Source: Polyangia bacterium
Lineage (GTDB): Bacteria; Myxococcota_A; Polyangia; Fen-1088
Length of the DNA stretch: 64,000 nt
Direction: 5' to 3'
Assembly: GCA_035549075.1 (NCBI GenBank)
Contig: DASZRT010000009.1
Span: forward strand, 136,296-200,295
The translations under genes were made by a program, and so were the position numbers. Below are positions 20,003 through 32,016 of this stretch, one piece after another (the first letter of the stretch is position 1; the number at the start of each line of letters is the position of its first letter). The notes beneath the pieces are model-generated. The model was not told the origin of the DNA and did no database searches. It was given only the letters and a program-made list of their open reading frames with translations.

Positions 20003-20064
20003 CGCCGCGCATTTGTGACCGACGCACGCGCCCCGCGCAACCCCCTCACGGAAGATTTCGTGAG

Positions 20065-20952
20065 ATGCTGCGCGCCATGAAAAAGACGACCAAGCCCCTC
20101 GGCCTCACCAGCCTCGCGCTCGCGGCCGCGACCTTCCTCTCGGCCGGCGCCGCGCGCGCCGCCGTCACGATCGTGATCCAGCGCGGCCAGGCCCCGGCGA
20201 CGACGCAGTCGACGCTCTACCTCGACGGCGATCGCATGCGCGTCGAGGGCGTCTCGGGGCCGACCAACCACGACGCCAACGTCATCGTCGACGGCGCCGC
20301 CAAGAAAATGACCGTGCTGAACGCCGCCGAGAAGTCGTACATGGAGATCACCGAAGAGGACATGAAGATGATGCGCGCGCGCGTCGACGCCATGCGCGCC
20401 CAGGCCGAGGAGCGCATGAAGAACATGCCGCCCGAGCAGCGCAAGCAGATGGAAGCGATGATGGCGAAGATGGGCGCGCCCGCCGCGGGCGACGACAAGC
20501 CCGTGAAGCTCGAGTTCAAGGCCACGGGCGAGAAGAAGACCGTCAACGGCTTCGCCTGTGAGATGTACAAGGTCGTGCGCGACGGCGCCGTCAAGGAAGA
20601 GGACTGCATCTCGCCGTGGAGCGCGAAGGTGCTGCAGAAGAGCGACCTCGAAGGCTTCCGCAAGTTCGCCGAGAACATGGCGAAGTCGCTCGGGCCGATG
20701 GGCCACGGCGCGCAGAACGAGATGCTCGACCGCCTCGACAAATTCCCCGGCCTGCCGATCACGCGCCACGTCCTCGACGGCGGCCCCGACGAGGAGATCA
20801 AGAGCGTGAAGCGCGGCGCGATCGCGGCCTCGAACTTCACGGTGCCGGCGGGCTACACGAAGAAGGAGCTGCCGATGGGCGGCCCCATGGGTGGCCCCGG
20901 CGGCCCGCACCACGGCGGCGGCATGCCGATGGGCGCCCCGCCCAAGCCGTAG
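20065..20952 (+). CDS. secreted protein, DUF4412-like (Met/Lys-rich middle, Gly/Pro-rich tail)
   Basis: Signal peptide LALAAATFLSAGAARAAV. No catalytic motif. Confidence 0.55.
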   Translation: MLRAMKKTTKPLGLTSLALAAATFLSAGAARAAVTIVIQRGQAPATTQSTLYLDGDRMRVEGVSGPTNHDANVIVDGAAKKMTVLNAAEKSYMEITEEDMKMMRARVDAMRAQAEERMKNMPPEQRKQMEAMMAKMGAPAAGDDKPVKLEFKATGEKKTVNGFACEMYKVVRDGAVKEEDCISPWSAKVLQKSDLEGFRKFAENMAKSLGPMGHGAQNEMLDRLDKFPGLPITRHVLDGGPDEEIKSVKRGAIAASNFTVPAGYTKKELPMGGPMGGPGGPHHGGGMPMGAPPKP

Positions 20953-20996
20953 TCGGCCCCCCTACCGACCCTCTCCCCGCTGGCGGGAGGGGGAAT

Positions 20997-21011
20997 GCTA
21001 TCATTGATAGC
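20997..21011. promoter_or_regulatory. perfect 7-1-7 palindrome GCTATCA-T-TGATAGC abutting the vapB start codon (candidate autoregulatory operator)
   Basis: Seen directly in sequence. RHH antitoxins typically bind palindromes at their own promoter. Confidence 0.4.
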
Positions 21012-21242
21012 ATGGCGCAACTTCTGGTCCGGAACGTCGACGACTCCGTCGTGAAGGCTCTCAAGGCGCGCGCCGCGCGGAACGGCCGATCGACGGAAGC
21101 CGAGCATCGCGAGATTCTCCGTTCCGCGCTCGCGCGGGAACACAAGGGCTCGCTGAAGGAGCTCCTCCTTCGCATGCCGCACACCGGAGCTGACGCCGAC
21201 TTTTCGGCTGCGCGCGACCGAGCACGTCGGGTCCGTCTTTGA
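21012..21242 (+). CDS. vapB: ribbon-helix-helix antitoxin (FitA/VapB-like)
   Basis: MAQLLVRNVDDSVVKALKARAARNGRSTEAEHREILRSAL is the FitA-type RHH signature. Stop overlaps the TTG start of the PIN gene. Confidence 0.8.
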   Translation: MAQLLVRNVDDSVVKALKARAARNGRSTEAEHREILRSALAREHKGSLKELLLRMPHTGADADFSAARDRARRVRL

Positions 21243-21645
21243 GCTACCTCCTCGACACGAACGTGGTCTCGGAGCTTCGCAAGGCCGCCCGCGGGCACGC
21301 GAGGGTTCGGGCCTGGTTCGAAAGCGTCGACGAAGACGCGCTCTTCCTGTCGGTGCTCGTCGTCGGAGAGCTTCATCAGGGGATCGAGCGAATTCGCCGC
21401 CGAGACGCGGCGTCGGCGGGCCACCTCGATCGCTGGCTCACCCGTCTCGTCGAGGACCACGCCGACCGCATCCTCCCGGTCGATCACGCAACGGCGTCAC
21501 TTTGGGGCAAGCTGAACGTGCCCTCCCCCCTTCCGACCGTCGACGGGCTCCTCGCGGCGACGGCCATGGTTCACGACCTCACGCTCGTCACGAGGAACGT
21601 CAAGGACGTGCGACGAACGGGTGTGCGGTTGCTCGACCCGTTCTC

Positions 21646-21649
<4 letters not shown>
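21239..21649 (+). CDS. vapC: PIN-domain ribonuclease toxin (FitB/VapC-like)
   Basis: LLDTNVVSE (first acidic residue). [17 protein letters not shown]. 136 aa. Confidence 0.85.
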
Positions 21650-23307
<1,658 letters not shown>

Positions 23308-23359
23308 CGGGGCGACAGCATAACCGCGCGCGGGTCAGCTCGGGTAACATCGGCGCCGA

Positions 23360-25141
23360 ATGCGTCGGCTCGCGCTCGTGATCATCGCCGTCTCGCTGGC
23401 GCTGCTCGTGCTGCCGCTGCGCACCGTCGGGGACCCGTTCGTGCGCCGCAACGGCCGCGACCTCATGCTCGACAAGAAGCCGTTCCACTTCGTGGGCGCG
23501 AACCTCGCCATCATGCACGGCCCCGCGAACCGCGCCGCCGCCGAGGCCGTGCTGACCGGCGCCGCCAAGGACGGCGTGCGCGTCGGCCGCGTGTGGGCCT
23601 TCGGCGAGGGCGACGCCACCGCGCCCGACTGGCTGCGCGACAACTACCTGTTCCGCGCCGGGCCCGACGGCTGGATCGACGCGGGGCCGAAGCACCTCGA
23701 CCGCGTCGTCGCCGCCGCGGGCCGCGCCGGTGTGCGCCTCATCGTGACGCTCGCCAACAACTGGGGCGACTACGGCGGCGTGCCGAAGTACATGAAGTGG
23801 GCCGGCATCCGCGACGACGCCGCCGCGGCCTACGGCGCCTCCGACCGCTTCTACAGCGACGCCAAGATGCGCGCCTTCTACCGCGCGCACGTCGAGCGGC
23901 TGCTCAAGCGCACGAACCCGCTCACGGGCGTGCCCTACCGCGACGACCCGACGATCCTCGCGTGGGAGCTCATCAACGAGTCGACCGTCTCGACGACGGC
24001 GGGGCTCGAGGCGCGGCGCGCGTGGGTCGGCGAGATGGGCAAGCTCGTGCATACGCTCGACACGCATCACCTGGTCTCGCCGGGCGTCAGCGTCTACCGC
24101 ACCGAGAGCGAGCGGCGCGAGTGGCTCGCCGTGTGCGAGCTGCCCGAGGTCGACCTGTGCGACGCGCACATCTACCCCGAGGATCTGCTGGCGAACCGCG
24201 ACAGCGCGCTGCTCGAATCGGCCGTCGACGACTTCGTGCAGCTGGCCCAGCACGTGGCCGACAAGCCGTTCGTGCTGGGCGAGTTCGGCATCCACGGCGA
24301 CTCCGACGGCACGTGGGAGCACCAACCGCGCAGCTACTGGATCGGGCGCATCCTCGAGCGGCTGCGCGTCGACGGCGCCGCGGGCGGCATCGTGTGGCTG
24401 TACCAACCGGCGGGCGGCGCCGACAAACGCCACGGCATCAGCGTCGGCGAGCCGACGGCCGAGGGCATGCGCGCCGCGATCCGCGCCGCGGCGGCCGAAC
24501 CGGCGATGCCCGCCGACGCCGTGAACCCGGACCTCGGCCCGCAAGTGGGCGAGGTGCCGCTCATGCCGCTGCACGGCGAATTCCTCGGCAAGGCGGCCGC
24601 CGTGCCGCAGCTGCGCGCCGATCAGCCGTCGCTGCGCGTGGCGTGGGACCCGAAGACCTTCGACAAGGCGGCGTGGGAGTCGACGGGCGTCTACGGCGCC
24701 GGCGTCGTCGAGCACGTGTGGGGCACCGAGACGGGTTGGTTCGAGTACGCCTACGAGATCGTGGCCGACGAAGGCAAGGCCAAGCGGCCCGCGCGCGTGC
24801 GGCTGCCGCGCGTGATCACGCTGCGCGCGCGGGTTTCGTCGGAGTTCCCCGGCAACGTGTCGCCGCCCGACGGCGTGTCGGCGTTCGAGGTCACGCTCGA
24901 CGGCCTGAGCGTGGGCACGGCCACGGCGACGCGCGACGACGGCCGCGGCGCCTGGGTGCAGCTGCGCTCGACCGACCCCGACGTGCTCGCGGCGTCGGTG
25001 CAGGCTGGCAAGCACCGCGTGCGCTTCGTCGTCGCGCCCGGCCCGAAGGCGCACGGCCTTTGCGTCTACGGCAAACCGGGCGAAAAGCCCGGCGCCGCCG
25101 GCCGCACCGGCCCCATCGAGCTCCGCATCGACAAAGGCTGA
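23360..25141 (+). CDS. glycoside hydrolase family 5 (beta-mannanase-like) with about 200-aa C-terminal domain of unknown function
   Basis: N-terminal signal/anchor. FVGANL, WAFGEG, catalytic-acid block ILAWELINES, nucleophile region VLGEFG. Confidence 0.8.
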   Translation: MRRLALVIIAVSLALLVLPLRTVGDPFVRRNGRDLMLDKKPFHFVGANLAIMHGPANRAAAEAVLTGAAKDGVRVGRVWAFGEGDATAPDWLRDNYLFRAGPDGWIDAGPKHLDRVVAAAGRAGVRLIVTLANNWGDYGGVPKYMKWAGIRDDAAAAYGASDRFYSDAKMRAFYRAHVERLLKRTNPLTGVPYRDDPTILAWELINESTVSTTAGLEARRAWVGEMGKLVHTLDTHHLVSPGVSVYRTESERREWLAVCELPEVDLCDAHIYPEDLLANRDSALLESAVDDFVQLAQHVADKPFVLGEFGIHGDSDGTWEHQPRSYWIGRILERLRVDGAAGGIVWLYQPAGGADKRHGISVGEPTAEGMRAAIRAAAAEPAMPADAVNPDLGPQVGEVPLMPLHGEFLGKAAAVPQLRADQPSLRVAWDPKTFDKAAWESTGVYGAGVVEHVWGTETGWFEYAYEIVADEGKAKRPARVRLPRVITLRARVSSEFPGNVSPPDGVSAFEVTLDGLSVGTATATRDDGRGAWVQLRSTDPDVLAASVQAGKHRVRFVVAPGPKAHGLCVYGKPGEKPGAAGRTGPIELRIDKG

Positions 25142-25165
25142 AGGCGCCGCACAACGGCGCGGGGC

Positions 25166-25651
25166 TCAGCTGCGCTCGCGCTCCGCCAGCAACGCTTCCA
25201 GCTCAGCGATGGCCTCGAGATCCTTCGGCCGCCCGGCGGCCCGCTTCGATCGAATCAACGTTGGGAGGTCGACGACGAGGAGGTCGCAACCGAAGACAGA
25301 GAGTCGCTGCGTGTGCGCGACGACCGCCTCGTAGTCGCCGATTCCCGCGACCTCGCCGAGCAAATCGACGTCGCCGAGGTCGGTCGTCAGCGTGAAGTTG
25401 AGGCCGCGTTTGACGGTGGCCGAATCGAAGCGAAAAGGAAGCCCGGCGGGAGCGCCCCGAAGGTAAGGGGCGTGCTCCGCGAGCGTGGCGACGAGTCGCT
25501 CGATGTTGTCATTGGTACGGCGATAGAGAAAGTCGGTGTCCTGAGTGACTCTTGCCGACCCGTGAGCTTGCGCGGCCAGGCCTCCGATCAAGATCACATC
25601 GACGCCACCGTTCGAAAGCGCGCCGACGATGCCCGCGAAGTCAGCCGCCAC
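25166..25651 (-). CDS. nucleotidyltransferase-fold protein (Pol-beta superfamily, minimal NTase)
   Basis: ILIGGLAAQAHGSARVTQDTDFLY fits the hG[GS]x9-13DxD nucleotidyltransferase motif. C-terminal LIRSKRAAGRPKDLEAIAEL. Confidence 0.65.
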   Translation of the reverse strand: MAADFAGIVGALSNGGVDVILIGGLAAQAHGSARVTQDTDFLYRRTNDNIERLVATLAEHAPYLRGAPAGLPFRFDSATVKRGLNFTLTTDLGDVDLLGEVAGIGDYEAVVAHTQRLSVFGCDLLVVDLPTLIRSKRAAGRPKDLEAIAELEALLAERERS

Positions 25652-25850
25652 GGGCCCTGGCCCCCGCTTGCCTGACTTCCTCAGCCAACCGATAGGCCTC
25701 TAGGAGGATCCGCCATCGCTCTTCTGGCGTGCGACGAAGGTTCTGCCTCAGCAGGGTTCGATCGACGTCCTTCTTGTAGGCCTCGACGACCGGATCCGGG
25801 TCGAGGCCAAACCGGCGGAGGATCGCTTCGTCGTCGGGCTGGTCGGCCAC
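25641..25850 (-). CDS. small (69 aa) partner protein translationally coupled to the nucleotidyltransferase
   Basis: Overlaps the NTase start by 11 nt. Helical, charged. No motif recognised. Confidence 0.45.
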   Translation of the reverse strand: MADQPDDEAILRRFGLDPDPVVEAYKKDVDRTLLRQNLRRTPEERWRILLEAYRLAEEVRQAGARARGG

Positions 25851-25954
25851 GCTTCATTGTAACCTCATCGACGGCACCTCGCTCGGCGGGCACGCTCCGC
25901 GTCGCGTGGCGCCGGCGAGCCGAAGCCCTGCGACGCGCATCTCCAACCACCGCT

Positions 25955-27166
25955 ATGGACATGACGAAAGCCTTTCGCGTTCCCTTCGTTTTCCTTTTCA
26001 TCGCTTGCGCGAGCGGGTCGAAGTCGCCCTCGGCGGGAGCCGGTGGCACCGGCGGCTCGATCGCGACGGGCGGCTCGACCGCGACGGGCGGCTCGACCGC
26101 GACCGGCGGCTCGACCGCGACCGGCGGCTCGACCGCGACTGGTGGCAGCACGGCGATCGGCGGCGCGACCGGCGCGCCTGACGCCGCGGCGCCCGACGCT
26201 TCCAACGCGAGCGACGCCTCGGACGCAGCTTCCGATGCCACCACCCTCGCGATCAAGGGCCACCCGACGCCGGGCAAGGTGTACCCGACGCACGACGGGT
26301 TCACGCTCTACGTCGTCGAGGAGTTCGATCAGCCGCTCGATCTCGACAGCGATCCGATCTGGACGTGGAGCGACGCGCTCGTGGGCGCGACCCGCTTCGG
26401 CAAGGACGCGATCGCCTTCGCCGACGGCAAGATGACGATCACCGTCTCGCAGGGAGACACGCCCGCCGGCTACTCCGTCTCCAAGACCGGCGACGTGATG
26501 GCGACCCACATCAAGGGCGGCGAGCTCCGGAGCCGCTACAACCTGTTTCGCTGGGGCCGCTACGAGGCGTCGATCAAAGCGCCCACGGCGCCCGGCAACT
26601 ACATCCTGTCGCTGTTCTCGTTTCGCACGCCGCACTACCAAGAGTGGCGCGAGATCGACTGGGAGCTCATCGGCAGCTACCCGAAGAGCGTCAGCACGAA
26701 TCTCATCATCGGCCAAAATATGCAAGGTTGGGCCGCGACGGCCGAGGACCCGAGCGTGACCTACCCGTTCGAGGCCCAGCCCGCGATGGCGTTGCCGACG
26801 GGCTTCGACTCGCAGGCTGCGTTCCACACCTACGCCTTCGAGGCGCTGCCCGATCACGTCACCTTCTACGTCGACGACGTCCCCATCCGCACGAAGATGA
26901 CCGGCGTCGGCAAGAACAACCTGCTCGTGCCCGAGCGCTCGATGAAAGCGATGATGAACCACTGGGTCAACACCGACGCGAGCTTCGGCGGCGACCCGGC
27001 GAAGACCAAGCTGCCGATGACGGGCGAGTACGACTGGTTCCGCTTCTACCGCTGGAACGACGACAAGAACTACCCGTGCGAGCCCGTGCCCGCGTGCCTG
27101 CCCGCCGACGACAAAGACCTCTCCTTCAACAACCCGAACGAGCCCGGCGCGCCGACGGGGCCGTAA
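25955..27166 (+). CDS. glycoside hydrolase family 16 (laminarinase/beta-glucanase-like) lipoprotein
   Basis: Lipobox FIAC. (TGGSTA)5 linker. GH16 catalytic motif EIDWE. Concanavalin-like size. Confidence 0.8.
   Translation: MDMTKAFRVPFVFLFIACASGSKSPSAGAGGTGGSIATGGSTATGGSTATGGSTATGGSTATGGSTAIGGATGAPDAAAPDASNASDASDAASDATTLAIKGHPTPGKVYPTHDGFTLYVVEEFDQPLDLDSDPIWTWSDALVGATRFGKDAIAFADGKMTITVSQGDTPAGYSVSKTGDVMATHIKGGELRSRYNLFRWGRYEASIKAPTAPGNYILSLFSFRTPHYQEWREIDWELIGSYPKSVSTNLIIGQNMQGWAATAEDPSVTYPFEAQPAMALPTGFDSQAAFHTYAFEALPDHVTFYVDDVPIRTKMTGVGKNNLLVPERSMKAMMNHWVNTDASFGGDPAKTKLPMTGEYDWFRFYRWNDDKNYPCEPVPACLPADDKDLSFNNPNEPGAPTGP
26051..26158. repeat. in-frame 18-bp tandem repeat (about 6 units) encoding (TGGSTA)n linker in the GH16 gene
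   Basis: ggcggctcgaccgcgacg repeated head-to-tail, seen directly in the sequence. Confidence 0.8.
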
Positions 27167-27196
27167 ACGAACGTAAACGTAAACGTAAACGCTAAA
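27163..27196. repeat. AT-rich hexanucleotide microsatellite (GTAAAC/ACGTAA)x4-5 immediately after the GH16 stop
   Basis: gtaaacgaacgtaaacgtaaacgtaaacgctaaat. About 62% AT inside a roughly 70% GC genome. Confidence 0.7.
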
Positions 27197-27314
27197 TCAC
27201 AGCGCCAGCGTTGACCGTGATCATGCGCCAATGCTCCACTGCGCCCCGTTCGAAAACGGGATGAGCGCGCCCCCACGGCATCCCGCCAAACCCTTTGCGA
27301 GGACGGGAAGCGTG

Positions 27315-28043
27315 ATGAAGACGGTGAGCATGTCGAAGTGGGTGGTCTTGGGTTCGTTGTGCGCGACGGCGGCCTGCGCGACGTCGCAAGCGCCGGCGGC
27401 GCCGCAGACGGCGCAGAACGTGATGACGTGCATGCAGCCGACGATGACGCCGCTGCAAGAGACGAAGGAGATGCAGACCAAGGGCGGCGTGCAGGTCATC
27501 GTTGCGATGGAGCCCTTCCTCTGTGAGAAGCGCCAGCGCAGCGAGGTCCGCGAGGTCGCGCCGTCGTTCGGCGAGCAGCTCCTCGGCAGCAAGACGCACC
27601 CTGGGCAGCGCTACGTCGAGCGCACGACGTCGTCGTACTTCTCGGTCAAACCCGAGCGCCTCAAGGTGACGCTCAAGCTCTCGAACCAGCTGGCGCGCGT
27701 GTTCCGCGGCGCGGGCACGGTCGTCCAGTTCACCGTCGCCGGCAAGACGTGGGCGAGCAAGGTCGACGACTACGCCGAGTTCACCAACGTCATCGTGCCG
27801 CCGCGCGGAGAGCAGCAGATCGAGATCTACGGCCCGCCGACCGAGGCGATGCCGCCCCAGGGCAACATCGGCCTCTTCCTCTACGACGTCGTCACGAAGA
27901 CCGACGCCGCCGGCAACATCACCGAGAAGCAGAACTTCGAGTGGTACTACAACTACGTGCTGCAGACGCACGAGGAGCCCGGCACGGTCACGACGGCGAC
28001 AGGCTGGGAGGGCGACCTGCCCCGCCTCGTCAGCAGCAACTAG
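27315..28043 (+). CDS. hypothetical lipoprotein
   Basis: MKTVSMSKWVVLGSLCATAACAT signal with lipobox. Balanced composition. No motif. Confidence 0.55.
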   Translation: MKTVSMSKWVVLGSLCATAACATSQAPAAPQTAQNVMTCMQPTMTPLQETKEMQTKGGVQVIVAMEPFLCEKRQRSEVREVAPSFGEQLLGSKTHPGQRYVERTTSSYFSVKPERLKVTLKLSNQLARVFRGAGTVVQFTVAGKTWASKVDDYAEFTNVIVPPRGEQQIEIYGPPTEAMPPQGNIGLFLYDVVTKTDAAGNITEKQNFEWYYNYVLQTHEEPGTVTTATGWEGDLPRLVSSN

Positions 28044-28471
28044 GCGGACGGACGCGAAGGGGCGCGCTCCGTCACGAGCGCCACGATCGAGGCCGCCACG
28101 AGGCCGAGATCGCGGAGCAACGTCAGCGCCGTGATGGGGCCGCCGCCGGTGCCGAAGCAGCCGCAGTCGACGTTGATGCGGCGAAAATAAGCCGCGGCGA
28201 CGGCGACCGTGAACATCGTGAAGAGCGCGAGCGACGCCAGCGCGGCGGGGCGGCGCCACCCGCGCGGCGCGACGACGAGCGCGCCGCCCACGAACACCTC
28301 GACGACGGGCAGCACCGCCGCGAGGTACGGCGCGAGCGCGGGGAACAGCTGGTAGTTCGCGATCTCGGTCGCGAAGTCGCCGGGCGCGCGCAGCTTGAGC
28401 GCGCCCGCGACGACGAGCAGCGCGCCCGCGACGAAGCGGGCCGCGCCCGCGACGATCCGGCGCGCGTCCAT
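28040..28471 (-). CDS. MauE/DoxX-like membrane protein
   Basis: ATG at 28471 overlaps the rhodanese stop (ATGA). Four TM helices. CGCFG motif typical of the MauE family. Confidence 0.6.
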   Translation of the reverse strand: MDARRIVAGAARFVAGALLVVAGALKLRAPGDFATEIANYQLFPALAPYLAAVLPVVEVFVGGALVVAPRGWRRPAALASLALFTMFTVAVAAAYFRRINVDCGCFGTGGGPITALTLLRDLGLVAASIVALVTERAPSRPSA

Positions 28472-28986
28472 CAGCGCGCCCCCGCGCCCGACGAGCAGGC
28501 GAGGCCCGCCTGGTTCCACGCCGCGAAGCCACCCTCGATGACGCTGACGCGAAGGTCGGGACGCCCGGCGCGGTGGCGCAGCTCTTCGGCGACGACGCGC
28601 GCGTCTTCCGTGCCTTCGCCATAGACGACGAGGGCGCGACGGCCCGCGAGCAGATCGACGGCGGCCAGCGCGGCCTCGACCGACGACGCGCACGGCAGGT
28701 GCAACGCGCCCGTGACGTGCCCCTCGGCGAACGCCGACGCCGAGCGCACGTCGGCGACCAGCGTCTGCGGATCGCCGCAGGCGCCGACGGCGGCCGTGGG
28801 CGCGAGGATCTCGACGGGGGCGGCCGTGGCGCTCACGGCGCCGTGCTCGTTCCCTGCGCCGCAGGTCGTGGGCGCCTGGAACTTCGTGAAGCGCACGCCG
28901 TCGGGCCGCGCGGCGTTGACGGCGAGCCCCAGCGAGCTGCCCACGAGGAGCAGCGCGAGCGCGCGGCCGACGAGCGTCGAGAACAT
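28471..28986 (-). CDS. periplasmic rhodanese-domain sulfurtransferase
   Basis: Signal peptide. Rhodanese fold blocks ([34 protein letters not shown]). Active-site Cys present. Confidence 0.75.
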   Translation of the reverse strand: MFSTLVGRALALLLVGSSLGLAVNAARPDGVRFTKFQAPTTCGAGNEHGAVSATAAPVEILAPTAAVGACGDPQTLVADVRSASAFAEGHVTGALHLPCASSVEAALAAVDLLAGRRALVVYGEGTEDARVVAEELRHRAGRPDLRVSVIEGGFAAWNQAGLACSSGAGAR

Positions 28987-29069
28987 CGCCCCGGAAAACT
29001 ATCAGGGGCGAGCCGGACATTCCCGAAAACGTTCCGAGACACGCGCGGCGGGCGCGATATGCTGGCGAG

Positions 29070-30740
<1,671 letters not shown>

Positions 30741-30742
30741 CG

Positions 30743-31516
30743 GTGGCGGCGGCGCGCGATCTCGCGGGACGCGTCGCCGTCGTCGTGGGCGGCACGTCGG
30801 GCATCGGGCGCGCGCTCGCGATCGGGCTCGCCGAGGCGGGCGCCGACGTCGTCGCGTCGGGCAGGCGCGCGGCGCTCGTCGACGAGGTCGCGCGAGAGAT
30901 CGAGGCGCGCGGGCGGCGCACGTTGCGCGCGACGTGCGACGTCGGTTCGCGCGCGTCGCTCGAGGCGTTGCGCGACCAGACGCTCGCGGCGTTCGGCAAG
31001 GTCGACGTCCTCGTGAACTGCGCGGGCAAGACCAAGCGCACACCGACGCTCGACGTGAGCGAGGCCGAGTGGAGCGACATCCTCGACACGAACCTCACGG
31101 GCACGCTGCGCGCGTGCCAGGCGTTCGCGCCGCCCATGCTCGCGGCCGGCTACGGACGCATCGTCAACATCGGATCGCTGTCGTCGTTCGTCGCGCTGTA
31201 CGAGGTCGCGGCCTACGCGGCCAGCAAGGCGGCGGTGGCGTCGCTCACGAAGTCGCTCGCGATCGAGTGGGGCCCGCGCGGCGTCGCCGTCAACGCGATC
31301 GCGCCCGGCGTGTTCCGCACCGACCTGACGGCGAAGCTGCTCGACGGCACCGAGCGCGGGCGCGAGTACCTGACGCGCACACCGCTCGGCCGGTTCGGGC
31401 GCGTCGAGGAGCTCGTGGGCGCGGCGGTCTTCCTAGCGTCGGAGTCGGCGAGCTTCGTCAACGGCGAGATCCTCACCGTCGACGGCGGCTTCCTCGCGAG
31501 CGGCGTGAACGGCTAA
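30743..31516 (+). CDS. short-chain dehydrogenase/reductase (SDR family)
   Basis: VVGGTSGIGRA (TGxxxGxG). NCAG. YAASKAA catalytic YxxxK. Confidence 0.8.
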   Translation: MAAARDLAGRVAVVVGGTSGIGRALAIGLAEAGADVVASGRRAALVDEVAREIEARGRRTLRATCDVGSRASLEALRDQTLAAFGKVDVLVNCAGKTKRTPTLDVSEAEWSDILDTNLTGTLRACQAFAPPMLAAGYGRIVNIGSLSSFVALYEVAAYAASKAAVASLTKSLAIEWGPRGVAVNAIAPGVFRTDLTAKLLDGTERGREYLTRTPLGRFGRVEELVGAAVFLASESASFVNGEILTVDGGFLASGVNG

Positions 31517-32016
31517 AAAGTGAAGGCGACCTCGAGCGCGAGGTCGAGCGAGAGCAGCGTCTGGTGGTTCGTGAGCCAGACCGTGGGCGCGAAGAGCTCG
31601 GTCACGAGATCGACCTTGGGCGTGAGCGCGAAGTCGAGCCCCGTCGACGCACGCACGATGGGACCGTTCGACGACAAATAGCCCGAGGCGAAGCGGAGCG
31701 GCACGCGCACGGACGAGCCGGGCGCGCCGAAGAGGTATTCGAGCTGCGCGTAGGCGAGCGCGGCGCTCGCGCGGCCTTCTTTGCCTTTGAGGTTCGCGTA
31801 GCCGAGGTAGCCGCCGAGGCTCACGTGCGGCGAGAAGCGGCCGTCGAGGCGCGCGCCCGCGAGCTGGTTGTAGAACGCGCCCGTGCCGACGCCGATCGCG
31901 CCTTCGGTTTGCACGGCGAGGCGCAGCGGGACGTCGGAAGGCGGCGCGTCGGCGTGCGCGCTCGTCGACACCAGGACGACGAGCGCGAGCGGCGCGCAGA
32001 AACGAATCGAGGTCAT
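31513..32016 (-). CDS. small outer-membrane beta-barrel protein (about 168 aa), last gene of the Cys-rich/cytochrome operon
   Basis: AGGAGG RBS. Signal peptide LALVVLVSTSAHADA. Alternating amphipathic strands. C-terminal aromatic (F). ATG overlaps the cytochrome stop (ATGA). Confidence 0.55.
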   Translation of the reverse strand: MTSIRFCAPLALVVLVSTSAHADAPPSDVPLRLAVQTEGAIGVGTGAFYNQLAGARLDGRFSPHVSLGGYLGYANLKGKEGRASAALAYAQLEYLFGAPGSSVRVPLRFASGYLSSNGPIVRASTGLDFALTPKVDLVTELFAPTVWLTNHQTLLSLDLALEVAFTF

